A stretch of 64,000 nucleotides of DNA from Octopus vulgaris (Eukaryota). A program made the translations under genes and the position numbers. Shown here one piece after another: positions 11,956-24,210 of this stretch; position 1 is the stretch's first letter, and the number at the start of each line of letters is the position of its first letter. Location of the stretch: positions 38,440,001-38,504,000 of the forward strand of contig OX597836.1 in the NCBI GenBank assembly GCA_951406725.2. The letters are read 5' to 3'. Under the pieces are notes generated by a model that saw only the letters and a list, made by a program, of their open reading frames with translations, did no database searches and was not told the origin of the DNA.

Positions 11956-12812
11956 ACCCTGTCTGATAAATATACCATAATTTTCTGCATCGCAGCATGC
12001 AAGTCGAATTTTTCAGACCAAAATTTACAGCAAAAAAATAGAAAGAAGGTTGAATTTTACACTAAGACGAATTTGGAGGACCAAAAATTCTCTGTAAACG
12101 CAGCAGGATTTGGGAAAATAGTGACAATGTTTGAATGTTTCAACTACATGTTTACACATTATACCTTGTTGATTTGTATGCTGCAAAAATACAGTAGTGA
12201 GATTGTAGGTTCTGGTTATAATGTTTCTATGATAAATAGCGAGGCAGTAGCTGGTAGTAGTAAAATTACTATGAAAAATACATGTGGCACAATGTTCTAA
12301 CTGCGACCTTACTACGATAAACATAATGCTGTAGCTGGTTCTATTTTTAGTGTTACTATTATAAATATAGTGAGACAGTAGATTCTAGATGTAGAGTTAT
12401 TATGATAAATAGAGCTGCTCCACCGGTACAGAATTTGTTGAAGGAAGGAATTTAGCAATAAATCTGTGTCAGATAGGAATGAAATGTCGAAGAAATTTAT
12501 AAAATATTCTATTATCAATTGACATTATTTATGGCAAAGTAGGCTTTAGTATACTTGATGCTAAGCCAAGAAATTTACCACCTTCCAAATGAGGATAATT
12601 ATTTTCTAAATGAATAATGCGGGTCAAAAAATATAGGGGATAGGGAAGAAGCCTGAAATTTTAATCAATTAAAAATCAAATGCAAAGGAGAGTGAGTCCA
12701 ATCTTTTAACATTATAGGGACAACTCAAGATGTATTTCAGTCTTATTGAACCTTGTCAGCAAAAACATAGTTTAACAGCTGGTACAGATCTTAGAATAAG
12801 AAATGAAATATA

Positions 12813-13276
12813 CTCTTTTACTCCTTTATATGTTTTAGTCATTTAACTGTGGCCATGCTGGAGCACCGTCTTTAGTCAAAGAAATCAATCCCAGGATTTA
12901 TCATTTGTAAGCCAAGTACTTATTCTATTGGTCTCTTTTGCCGAACTGCTAAGTTTCGGGGACATAAACACACCAACATCAGTTGTCAAGCAATGGTCGC
13001 GGGAGGGACAAACACAGACACAAAGACACACACACGCATAAATACATATATACACACACACACACATATATATACATACATATATATATATATATATATA
13101 CACACATACACAGACGAGCTTCTTTCAGTTTCCGTCTACCAAATCCACTAACAAGGCTTTGGTCAGCCCCATGGCTATAGTAGAAGACACTTGCCCAGAG
13201 TGCCACACAATGAGACTGAACACAGAACCATGTGATTGGGAAGCAAGCTTCTTACCACACATCCATGCCTGTGCCT
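12813..13276 (-). mobile_element. SINE family A
   Basis: Full head, internal microsatellite and tail. Confidence 0.85.
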
Positions 13277-14129
13277 ATTAGAGAATTTTTATTAATAAAC
13301 ATAGAAAGATATAACTTATTTAAAAGCAAATGGTGGGGGGAAATTCTCAAGAACACCAGATTTACATTAAAAGCAATCTTTTAGTCAAGAAGTAAGGGCA
13401 TGCCTCTGACCCATTACAGGGTCTCTGAGACAGCTGGGAAAGAAAGAAACAAGGAATCTGAAACCAGTGAGCTGGCCTGAATGCTTGCAATAGAATGACC
13501 ACTGCTAAAGGCAAAGTTAGGTTGTGGTGTTAAACTGGGCCCTGGATTAAATCAACCACTCAAATAGAGCACAGATCCATTACAATTACAGCAAAGTGTC
13601 ATCTCAGCAGCTTAGATATGGGGTTAAGAGGTGCACTTTGCAACCACATAATTTCAGGTTCAGTCCCACTGTGTGACACTTTGAGGAAGGGTTTTATACT
13701 ATAGGCCCAGAATGACCAATGACTTGCAAGTGAATTTAAGTAAACAGAAACTGTGCAAAGCTTCACGTGTGTTATTCTATCTGTCCAACCTACTGTTTGA
13801 CAACTTGTATTGGTTTGTTTACATCCCTGTGACTTAGCAGTTCAGCAAAAGAAATCCACAGAATAAATGTTAGTCTTAAATCATGTACATGATTTAAGAC
13901 TAAACCATTCAAGGCAGTGCCCCAGCATGGCCACAGTCCAATGACTGACACAAGTAAAAGATAAGAAGTCATTCATTATCTTAGCCTATTATATTATATA
14001 TTAATTGATCCTGACAGATGAAAGCAAAAATTAAGAATAAAAGGGATTTGAACTCAGAAAGCAAGGTGCCACAATATTTTAAGAACCAACGAATCTGCCG
14101 ATTTGCCACCATAAAACTTCAGCAAAGTG

Positions 14130-14460
14130 GGTGGTGGCACATTTGATTTAGTCAGCTGACAAGTTTTAATTGGAATTTCATCCTCGGTGATGAGAACAAT
14201 AGCATCCACTTTGTTATTAAGTTTCCATGTAGCAGATGTTATTAAGTATTTTATCATAGCCATTCTAATATTTATAGCATATTGATAACGATATTTGTGA
14301 ATTAGAGAATCATATCTTTTCATACGTTTCTTACTTTGTTACCTCAAGTCCAATATTTGATCAGCAAGTCAGATTAAATATGTGAATACCTGTTTAACAA
14401 TTTCAATGCTATCTCGTCAATATTTGACCACGAGCGAGTCAATAATCAAACTTCTTTATT
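14130..14460 (-). mobile_element. Possible Helitron (PIF1-like helicase) fossil
   Basis: Fragments LADQILDL, SLIHK and NNKVDAIVLITEDEIP loosely resemble the Helitron helicase region; broken by stops. Confidence 0.3.
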
Positions 14461-14892
14461 TTCTAAATAATTGCAATTTTAATAATGAATCCTAACTTTT
14501 TGTTCAATTGTCATTTCCATTGATTAAATAAGCCTGGTTGATGTCACTGCATTCAATACATGGGTCAGGTTCAATACTCTTCTCTGCAAGTGTGTTCAGT
14601 GAATAATATGATATATTACACATCCCATATTGCTTCTACAGTAATTGTGAGTTGAATAAAAGTCCGGGAGCTATAACTCAATGGTCACTGACATTTATTA
14701 TTATCACACACACACACACACACACACATATGTTGGACTTCTTTCAGTTTGTGTCTACCAAATCCACTCACAAAGCTTTGTTTAGCCTGAGGGTGTAGTA
14801 GAAGACACTTGGCCAAGGTGCTACACAGTTGGACTGAACCCAGAACCATGTGGTTGGGAAGCAAGCTTCTTACCACACCGCTATGCCTGTAC

Positions 14893-14933
<41 letters not shown>

Positions 14934-14936
<3 letters not shown>

Positions 14937-15110
14937 TAAAAATGGTAAGATAACAAAAGAATGAAAGAGACCTCAATATTATGTAAATAGAGGAATTTAT
15001 CTGTAAATATAATATGTGACAATTATTCGGTAGCCTAGAATTCCACCTCGGCATCCGAAACTCAGAGTTTTATCTTGGCTACCGAATAATTGTCACATAT
15101 TATATTTACA
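14934..15110. mobile_element. Second fold-back copy of the 860-1156 family, with the 3' half of the hammerhead
   Basis: Same outer end ggtaaaa..ggtaagataacaaaaga..agagacctcaatattatgtaaatagagg. 34-bp perfect arms 15002-15035/15077-15110, cggcatcc-GAAA-ctcagag-tt-ttatct in the loop, (TA)n flanks. Confidence 0.8.
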
Positions 15111-15111
15111 T

Positions 15112-15145
<34 letters not shown>

Positions 15146-15330
15146 TTGGAATGAACAATCTTAAATGCTGTTGGATTTTTCTCATAAAGTATTAGAATCT
15201 TACATATTACCATTCTGCCTAAAATATGGATCTACAAATTCAATACCCCTACATATCTCACATCTATTTTCTTTCCTCCACCTCACATTTGTATCCCAAA
15301 TTAATTATTACTTAACCATCCTCTCACACC

Positions 15331-15382
15331 GTCTCTGATGAAGGGATATAATTAATAAATATCCTGGAAACAGCTGTAAGAC
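15331..15382 (+). ncRNA. Minimal type I hammerhead ribozyme with palindromic stem III, in a (TA)n-flanked insert (15146-15448)
   Basis: GTCT-CTGATGA-A-GGGATAT-aattaataa-ATATCCT-G-GAAA-CAGCTG-TA-AGAC. Intact CUGAUGA and GAAA, stem III ACAGCTGT self-complementary, predicted cleavage after A15378. Confidence 0.8.
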
Positions 15383-15619
15383 CTATCTATAAATGTTCTA
15401 ATATCAACACAGCCTTGGTTTTTTTATCTCATTACGCAAAAAATTCTTTATATATACATATATATATATATGAAGATTTCACTTAGGTATAGTGATACAA
15501 AAAACATGCTGTTAAAGTTGAACATATATATGCTCCTGAACAAAGCATCAGTTGAGTACATAGCAGTAATAAGAAATTAGAATGACAGAGCAATAAACAA
15601 TTGTGTTACGAAGTTCATT

Positions 15620-15700
15620 AGCTTACAGCTGTTTCTGCTACAAGATGCAATGTGCTCATAGTTGAGAGCATGAATATCATCCAATAACTTCATCTGAGCT
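15620..15700 (-). ncRNA. Hammerhead motif with extended stem II and one core mutation, in insert 15472-15720
   Basis: Minus strand AGCT-CAGATGA-A-gttattggatg..tgctc..gagca..catcttgtagc-A-GAAA-CAGCTG-TA-AGCT (CAGATGA instead of CTGATGA). Confidence 0.6.
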
Positions 15701-15755
15701 TTGAACATACAATCTCATGCATATATGTAATTCTAAGGTAAATCGGTATCGTTAC

Positions 15756-15789
<34 letters not shown>

Positions 15790-15790
<1 letters not shown>

Positions 15791-15975
15791 CATGCCTCCT
15801 CATTGATATGACTGTCCCAATTGATATAAATGTATCTGTCAAGGTCTACCAAAAACTGAGCAAATATAAAGATCTTGAAATAGAAATTGGAACCTGAAGA
15901 CTAAAACAATACCTGTTGTCATAGGTGCCCTGAGAATGATAGCAAAAGGGGCTGATTGCTATCTAGCTCAGATAC
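15790..15975 (+). mobile_element. R4/Dong-type LINE fragment (restriction-like endonuclease) after (TAA)n
   Basis: CLLIDMTVPIDINVSVKVYQKLSKYKDLEIEI...TIPVVIGAL. Confidence 0.75.
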
Positions 15976-16278
15976 ATATGTATGTATGTATGTATGTATG
16001 TGTGTATGGGGGGTCATGTGAGGTCTTCTGTGCGTGTGCATGTGCATTTGTATTTGTTCTCCCCACTGCTTGACAACCAGACTTGGTTTGTTTCAATCCC
16101 CATAACTAAGTGGTTTGGCAAAAGAGACTGATAGAATAAGTACCAGACTTAGTTGAACAAATAAATCATAGTACTTATTTTCTAAGCCATTCAGGGTAGT
16201 GCTCCAGCATGGTAGCAGTTTAATGACAAACAAGTAAAAGACAAAAGATGGACTTTTTTTTTGTTATCTTTTTGAACA

Positions 16279-16715
16279 GGCGCAGGAGTGGCTGTGTGGT
16301 AAGTAGCTTGCTTACCAACCACATGGTTCCAGGTTCATTCCCACTGCATGGCACCTTGTGCAGGCTTCTACTATAGCCTCAGGCTGACCAAAGCCTTGTG
16401 AGTGGATTTAAAAGACGGAAACTGAAAGAAGCCCGTCGTATATACATACATACATACACACATACATGCACACACACACATACATACACACATACACACA
16501 CACATATATATGTTTGTGAGCCTGTGTTTGTCCCCCCAACATCACTTGACAACCGATGGTGGTGTTTATGTCCCCATAACTTAGCGGTTCGGCTAAACAG
16601 ACCGATAGAATAAGTACTAGGCTTACAAAGAATAAGTCCTGGGGTTGATTTGCTAAAGGTGGTGCTGCAGCATGGTCGCAGTCAAATGACCGAAACAGGT
16701 AAGAGAGTAAAAGAG
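16279..16715 (+). mobile_element. SINE family A
   Basis: Full length, ggcgcaggagtggctgtgtgg to gagagtaaaagag. Confidence 0.85.
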
Positions 16716-17323
16716 ACGCCATAGGAAGTCGCTGCTTCTGCCGCCACATTGCCACAAACTGTGAGGAATTTCTCCATCAACTCAGTCTATTCGTTTGAGA
16801 AAACACAAAATACATGTAATTATAAAAGAGCCGGGGAAAAGCAAGATGGAACAATATGAAAGATTATAATTTTTGGTTTCAATTATTTTTTAAAAATTGG
16901 GCTGAGAGAAAAATGACATTTTAAGTAAATTATTAATGAAGTAAAATGTCAAAATCATTGGTTCCATAAACAATTTTAACATTGCTAGAGCTGTGGGGAA
17001 TTTTTTTTTCTTTGTTTATTTCTATTATTATTATTGTTTTTGTCTTTTGCTATAACTGTCTGGATGTCAAGTAGAAAAACTGAAAAGATAATTACAAAAT
17101 ATAATAATTCTTGCAAGCTTTGGCCCAAGGCCAGCAACTGGGAAGGAGGTAGTTGATTACATTAGCTACTGTACTTGACTGGTACTTTATTTTATCAACC
17201 CCTACAGGATATAAACCAAATTAACTTTGGTGGGATTTGAACCTAGTAAATAACGAGAGCAAATATCATTGAGCATTTAGTCTGGCATACTAATGACTCT
17301 ACCAGCTTGCTACCACCACCATG

Positions 17324-17369
<46 letters not shown>

Positions 17370-17370
<1 letters not shown>

Positions 17371-18000
17371 CCTACTACTATAGGCACAAGGCCTGAAATT
17401 TTGGTCGAGGGGGCTAGTCAACTACATCGACCCCAGTGTTTAACTGGTACTTAATTTATCGACTCCAAAAAGATGAAAGACAAAGTCAACCTTGGCGGAA
17501 TTTGAACTCAGAATGTATCGATGGGTGAAATACCTATTTCTTTACTATCCACAAGGGGTTAAACACAGAGAGGACAAACAAGGACAGACAAACGGATTAA
17601 GTCGATTATATCAACCCCAGTGCATAACTGGTACTTATTTAATCGACCCTGAAAAGATGAAAGGAAAGTCAACCTTGGCGGAATTTGAACTCAGAACGTA
17701 GCGGCAGACGAAATACTGCAAAGCATTTCGCTTGGCGTGCTAATGTTTCTGCCAGCTCGCCACATTGATAATAATAATAATAATAATAACCATTGTTTCA
17801 AATTTTGGTACAAGTCCAGCAATTTCAGGGGTGAGGACAAGTTGATTACATTGACCCCAGTGTTCAACTTGTCCTGACTTTTTTGATCCCTAAAAAGATC
17901 AAAGGCAAAGTCAGCCTTGGTGTAATTTGAACTCAGAACATGAAATACTACAAAGCATTTTGCCCAGCATGCTAATGATTCAGCCAGCTCCCTGCCTTAA
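17370..18000 (-). mobile_element. Cluster of SINE family B copies within (TAA)n tracts
   Basis: Dimeric copy 17370-17765 and older copy 17795-18000, separated and flanked by (TAA)n. Confidence 0.75.
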
Positions 18001-19261
18001 AATCTGCAGCATCAAATTATGAGATATAGTGCGACATCTATAATAATAATAATAATAATAACAATAATAATAATAATGGGTTTTTTTCTACTATATATTT
18101 TTTTTTTACTACCCACAAGGGGCTAAACAGAGGGAACAAACAAGGACAGACAAAGGGATTAAGTTGATTACATCGACCCCAGTGCGAAACTGGTACTTTA
18201 TTTTTTTTCTACTATATATAGGCCTTAAATTTTGGGAAGAAGTGGCTAGTCAATTACATTAACCCCAAGATCACTGAGTGTCTTGTCCAAGGCACCTTAA
18301 TAATTATAATAATGAAGCCTGTGTGAAACACATTAACGAAAACAGTGATCAAATGTTGAGATTTCACTACAGTTGCGTTTTATTACTAAGCAAGTTGGAT
18401 AACTCTGTTTAATTCAGTTTCCACTCACATTTCACAACTAAGTGGTAGGTGTTAAAAGCATTCAATCTCAACAGTAATTTCTCCATTAAAAATAGGAGCA
18501 AATTAAGCAGAAGTGTTCTACTTGATTACTGCGAAATTTATTATACAAAAAAAAAAAAAAATTTAAATAATAATTATAAAAATGAAGTAATCCTTAAACT
18601 TTATCTAAAGTTGTCATGTCTTGAAAAGAGAATATTCAGAATGAAAAGAAAAAGAAACATAAAACATAATATAAATATAAAATGTAAATAAACAATATAC
18701 TGAATGATATACTTTACATCACTTCCAAGGTATTATCAGATTATTATTTTTTTTTTTACTTTTATAAAAACATCACAATTCTGATTGTGTGCTAGAAATA
18801 GCTTTTCTCTAAAAATGTTATCAACTCAATTTTCTTTTTCCTGTTAATAATCTAAACGCTGGAAACTAAATAATTTCCTTATCTCTAATATTCAATATTT
18901 CCAAAGAAAATGAAAGAACAATGCCAAAGAAAAAAAAAAACCCCCAAAAAAAACAAAAAAAAGGCAACAAAACATTTTGAGTATAATTTTGTTTCTTGTA
19001 TTCCAATTGGTTCTTGCTTTAAAGACTCACTCGGTTCTCTATAATATAGTAAATTACTTATATAATACAATCCGCTAGAAGATATTACAATGGGAATTTA
19101 AAATAGAATCCCAAGTAAAGCAATTAGTTTGCTATTTCTAAAACATTCTGATTATCATCATCTCCTCATCAATATATATATATCCACATATATAAATCAA
19201 ATACAAACGTTTTAAATATATTTCTAAAGTATTATTTATAAAACCAAATTTTTAGGATTAC

Positions 19262-19668
19262 TCTTACTCTCTTTTTACTCTTTTACTTGTTTCAGTCATT
19301 TGACTGCGGCCATGCTGGAGCACCACCTTTAGTCGAGCAAATCGACCCCGGGACTTATTCTTTTGTAAGCCCAGTACTTATTCTATTGGTCTCTTTTGCC
19401 GAACCGCTAAGTGACGGGGACGTAAACACACCAGCATCGGTTGTCAAGCAATGCTAGGGAGACAAACAGACACAAACACATACACACACATACATATATA
19501 TATATATACAACAAGCTTCTTTCAGTTTCCGTCTGCCAAATCCACTTACAAGGCATCGGTCGGCCCAGGGCTATAGCGGAAGACACTTGCCCAAGATGCC
19601 ACGCAGTGGGACTGAACCCGGAACCATGTGGTTGGTTAGCAAGCTACTTACCACACAGCCACTCCTGC
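19262..19668 (-). mobile_element. SINE family A
   Basis: Full length. Confidence 0.85.
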
Positions 19669-19830
19669 TTATATTATGTGGGAAATTTCAAATTGCTAAG
19701 ACTGTAGCAGATATTTTGCCCACATCATGTAATGAGGCAACAAAAAAACAATCATAATAAAAGTGAGGGTGGTAATAATAATAACAATAATAATAATTGA
19801 TGTATTACTGTGACAACACATGTTTCTTCA

Positions 19831-20045
19831 AGGGTGGTGAGCTGGTAGAAACATTAGCACGCTGGGCGAAATGCGCAGCCGTATTTCGTCTGCCGTTATG
19901 TTCTGAGTTCAAATTCCGCCGAGGTCGACTTTGCCTTTCATCCTTTCAGGGTCGATAGATTAAGTACCAGTTGCATACTTAGGTTGATCTAATCGACTGA
20001 CACCCTCCCCCAAAATTTTGGGCCTTGTGCCAAGAGTAGAAAAGA
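19831..20045 (+). mobile_element. SINE family B
   Basis: ggtggtgagctggtagaa..gagttcaaattcc..gactttgcctttcatcc, followed by (AAT)n. Confidence 0.8.
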
Positions 20046-20065
20046 ATAATAATAATAATAATAAT

Positions 20066-20475
20066 AGGCATAGGAGTGGCTGTGTGGTAAGTAGCTTGCT
20101 AACAAACCACATAGTTCTGGGTTCAGTCCCACTGCTTGGCACCTTCGGCAAGTGTCTTCTACCATAGCCTCGGGCCGACCAAAGCCTTGTGAGTAGATTT
20201 GGCAGACGGAAACTGAAAGAAGCCCGTCGTATATATGTATATATATGTATGTATGTGTGTGTATATGTTTGTGACTGTGTTTGTCCCCTCAATATTGCTT
20301 GACAACCGATGCTGATGTGTTTACGTCCCCGTAACTTGGCCGTTTGGCAAAAGACACTGATAGAATAAGTACTAGGCTTACAAAGAATAAGTCCTGGGGT
20401 CGATTTGCTCGACTAAAGGCGGTGCTCCAGCATGGCCACAGTCAAATGACTGAAACAAGTAAAAGAGTAAAAGAG
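20066..20475 (+). mobile_element. SINE family A, inserted in (AAT)n
   Basis: Full length; inverted relative to 19262-19668. Confidence 0.85.
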
Positions 20476-20512
<37 letters not shown>

Positions 20513-20879
20513 TGCTGATGATGATTGTCACTCCTGTTGATTTTGATTTAGGAGTGATTGAAGAAAGGATTAACGAATAAGAAAACAAGTATTACAAAAG
20601 GAGCTGCATTCATTTGTGAGAGAAGCATCAATGTAATTTGAGTCCAGGTATGAATTTTGCTATAAAGTCATAATGAGGGATTAATGATGATTTTGATTTT
20701 ACCTGGGACTGGTCAAATGCATCTGTTAATTACAAAATAAAGTTCTTTTATTGCTCTGTTTCTTCAGCTCAAATGGTTTAGACGCATCATAGTACATTCT
20801 AATGCTGCTCAGATTGATCCAGGCAATAACTTTACCAAGATGTTACATTAAGCTGTCAGGATTTTAGTGAATATTACAA

Positions 20880-21090
20880 ATTATTCTTATACCTTAGGAG
20901 GGATCTTCGTTTACTGTGGAATCCTTCTATTTGTTGGCCATACCAATAAACTGTTGGAATGTGATTATCTTGTATTTGAACTTAATTCTCAACCGCATTC
21001 TTTCGATACTGGAGAGATCACATTTTTCTAAAATTTAGACATTTGAGATCTTAGCTTGCCATTTTATGTTGTAGATATTGCACAGACAGC
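20880..21090 (-). mobile_element. RTE-clade LINE fragment
   Basis: Minus strand CLCNIYNIKWQAKISNV*ILEKCDLSSIE, then degenerate IP.Q..YG...G.....R..P..RYK. Confidence 0.55.
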
Positions 21091-21098
21091 ACGTGTGA

Positions 21099-21132
<34 letters not shown>

Positions 21133-21135
21133 TTA

Positions 21136-21767
21136 GTATTTACACTGGACAATATGTCAGCATTATAAAATCAAAACTGCTGACAAATGGTATAAACACC
21201 ATCCTGAGGCTGTGACTGAGGGAGAAAATGTGTCAATTCTATGGGACTTCCCCGTACATACCGACAAAACTATAAAAGCTAATAAACTGGATATTATTAT
21301 AAAAGATCAGACAAAAAAAGTGTGTTTATTAATTGATATGAGTATTCCTTGTGATCACAATATAGCGGCGAAAAAATTTAACAAGATCAGTAAATATAAA
21401 GACTTGCTAATAGAAATTGAAAAGATGTGGCATCTCAAGGCGACTACAGTACTAAGGATTGTAGGATCTCTAGGAATGATAAAAAAAAAAAAAGTACTGA
21501 AACCTATTTGAAAATGATACCAGGCTTACCATCCCTACAGGAAGTGCAAAAAATCGTGTTAACTGGAACGACTCATGTACTGAGAAGAACATTATCGCTG
21601 TGAAAACAACATCCATTCATGAATTTATTTATTTATTAATTTTTTAAATACATATTTTACCTGTGAATTTGTGTGTGTAATTTGGGAATGCATACAATGA
21701 CCTTCTCTGCCCTAGATGTACAGAAAACACTCGGCGAGAATCGGAAGAAAATTTGAAGAAAGAAGGA
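21136..21767 (+). mobile_element. R4/Dong-type LINE 3' end (RLE domain + 3' UTR) between (TAA)n tracts
   Basis: YLHWTICQHYKI..KWYKHHPEAVTEGENVSILWDFPVHTDKTIKANKLDIIIKD..CLLIDMSIPCDHN..KISKYKDL..EVQKIVLTGTTHVLRRTLSL*. Confidence 0.9.
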
Positions 21768-21829
21768 ATAATAATAATAATAATAATAAACGATAATAAA
21801 AATAATGGGAAATAGAAATAATAATAATC

Positions 21830-22815
21830 ATTAGCACCAGTAGAGTATAAATCAAGACATGACAGAGTTGGCCAATATCTACACAGTTAATATGTCAGCA
21901 TTATAAAATCAAAACTGTTGACAAGTGGTAGAAACACTACGCTGAAGCTGTACCTGAGGGAGAAAATGTAACAGTTCTTTGGGACTTACCAGTACACACA
22001 GACAGAACTATCAAAACTAATAAACCAGATATTGTTGTAAAAGACTGAAATAATGAAGTCTGTTTATTGATCGACATAAATATTCCTTGTGATCATGATA
22101 TCTCAGCAAAAGAATTTGACAAGCTAAGAAAATGTAAAGATTTGTTCATTGAAATCGGAAAAATGTAGTATCTCAAGGCGGTTACAACACCAGTGATTGT
22201 AGGAGCCCTAGGAATGATCAATAAAACATACTGAAAATTATTTGAGTATGATCCCTGGTTTACCATCATCATCATCGTCATCATCATTTAACGTTCGCTT
22301 TCCACGCTAGCATGGGTTGGACGGTTCAACTGGGGTCTGGGAAGCCAGAAGGCTGCACCAGGCTCCAGTCTGATCTGGCAGTGTTTCTACGGCTGGATGC
22401 TCTTCCTAACGCCAACCACTCCGTGTGTGTAGTGGGTGCTTTTTACGTGCCAGACGAGGCTGGCAAATGGCCACGATCAGATGATGCTTTTTACATGCCA
22501 CCAGCACGGAAGCCAGTCGAGGTGGCACTGGCAACGGCCACGATTGGATGGTGCTTTTTACGTGCGAAAAGTGCAAAAGATTGTTTTAACAGGTATATCA
22601 CAGGTATTGAGAAGAGCACCGTCACTGTGAGACTGATTACCACCCATGTAAATAATTTTTTTTCTACATAACTCCATCTGATTTTATAAATGAACAATCT
22701 GGTGCGTTTATTTCAATGGCCAAATCAATGTATACAGTGAGCTTCTCTGCCCTAGGAGTTGAGAAGACACTCAGCAAGAAAGAGAAACAACAGAAAGAAG
22801 AAAAACTCAGAATAA
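21830..22815 (+). mobile_element. Second R4/Dong-type LINE 3' fragment, interrupted by SINE C (22263-22565)
   Basis: LAPVEYKSRHDRVGQYLH..LWDLPVHTDRTIKTNKPDIVVKD. Resumes with VQKIVLTGISQVLRR after the SINE and shares the ttctctgccctag 3' UTR. Confidence 0.85.
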
Positions 22816-23556
22816 AAATAGATTAATTATCTAATTACAAATTCTATTAAGTAAATACAGTTCAGGCTATGCGAAAAATCAGAAGCACAACATTTTCGGT
22901 TTACAGTTCTGATATTTCCAATGAAACTAACAGAGTTGACAGTTAAACAAACAGACTCAAAGAGAAATGATAATCATTCTATGAATAAGAGTTATCGTTT
23001 AGCCCCGAGTCATCCTATGATTAAAGGTATTGTATATCTGCTTATGATTAAACGTATTATATATCCAGGATTACATTATCCAATGTCTCCTTTGATGTAA
23101 AAAAAAAAAAAAAAGGAAAAAGAAAAAAAAAACAGTAGGGAATGGTGATTCGCAGGAGATTTGACTATTGTTTCTGGTGAGTCAATGTAGATTAAGTCAC
23201 TACAGAAGCTTACTTGGCTATATTACTTATTATCAAAGCCCCATTGTAACTGTTGAAATGAAGTGGTGGTGGTGGGAGAAATAGTTAAGAGAAAGAAACC
23301 CCAATACAATACTTGTGTTCATTTTATTAATTTTGATGGAATGGAATATATATATATATACACTGACTTGGTCAAGATGTGGTTACTTCCCCTGTTAAGC
23401 ATGTGTGTATACATTTGCATATTTCCTAAATGATTAACAGTATTTTAACTCTTATTTCTAGCAATGTATGTGCTTTGGCACTCTATGTCACGCTTTGCGA
23501 CAATTGAATTTTTCCTTTATGGTATCACGTTGCAACTAGCTGTCTATATCAATTTT

Positions 23557-23589
<33 letters not shown>

Positions 23590-23624
23590 TGAGTGAGTGA
23601 GAGTGTGTGTGTGTGTGTGTATTT

Positions 23625-24210
23625 TTTTGTGTCTGTGTTTGTATTCCATCACTGCTTGTCAACCAGTGTTTATGTCCTCGTGGCTGTGTGGTAAGTAGCT
23701 TGCTTACCAACCACATGGTTCCGGGTTCAGTCCCACTGCGTGGCACCTTGGACAAGTGTCTTCTACTATAGCCTCGGGCCGACCAAAGCCTTGTGAGTGG
23801 ATTTGGTAGACGGAAACTGAAAGAAGCCCATCGTATATATATATATATATGTGTATGTGTGTGTATATGTTTGTGTGTCTGTCCCCCCAATATCGCTTGA
23901 CAACTGATGCTGGTGTGTTTACGTCCCTGTAACTTAGCAGTTCAACAAAAGAGACCGATAGAATAAGTACTAGGCTTACAAAGAATAAGTACTGGGGTCG
24001 ATTTGCTCGACTAAAGGCGGTGCTCCAGCATGGCTACAGTCAACTGACTGAAACAAGTAAAAGAGTAGTTTGGCAAAAGACACCAATAGAATAAGTGCCA
24101 GGCTTAAAGAAAGTATTGGGATCGATTCATTTGGATAAAAAACTCTTCAAGGCATTGCCCCTGCATGGCCGCAACTTAATGACTGAAACAAGTGGAAGAA
24201 TAAAAGCTAA
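23625..24210 (+). mobile_element. Young SINE A (23680-24068) nested in an older SINE A tail
   Basis: Older tail segments 23625-23679 and 24069-24210 flank a near-complete younger copy. Confidence 0.7.

Noticed and set aside
20438-20470. SINE A 3' end (agtc-aaat-gact-GAAAC-aa-GTA) as a hammerhead
   Set aside because: It resembles the 3' half only; no CTGANGA precedes the stem in any copy.
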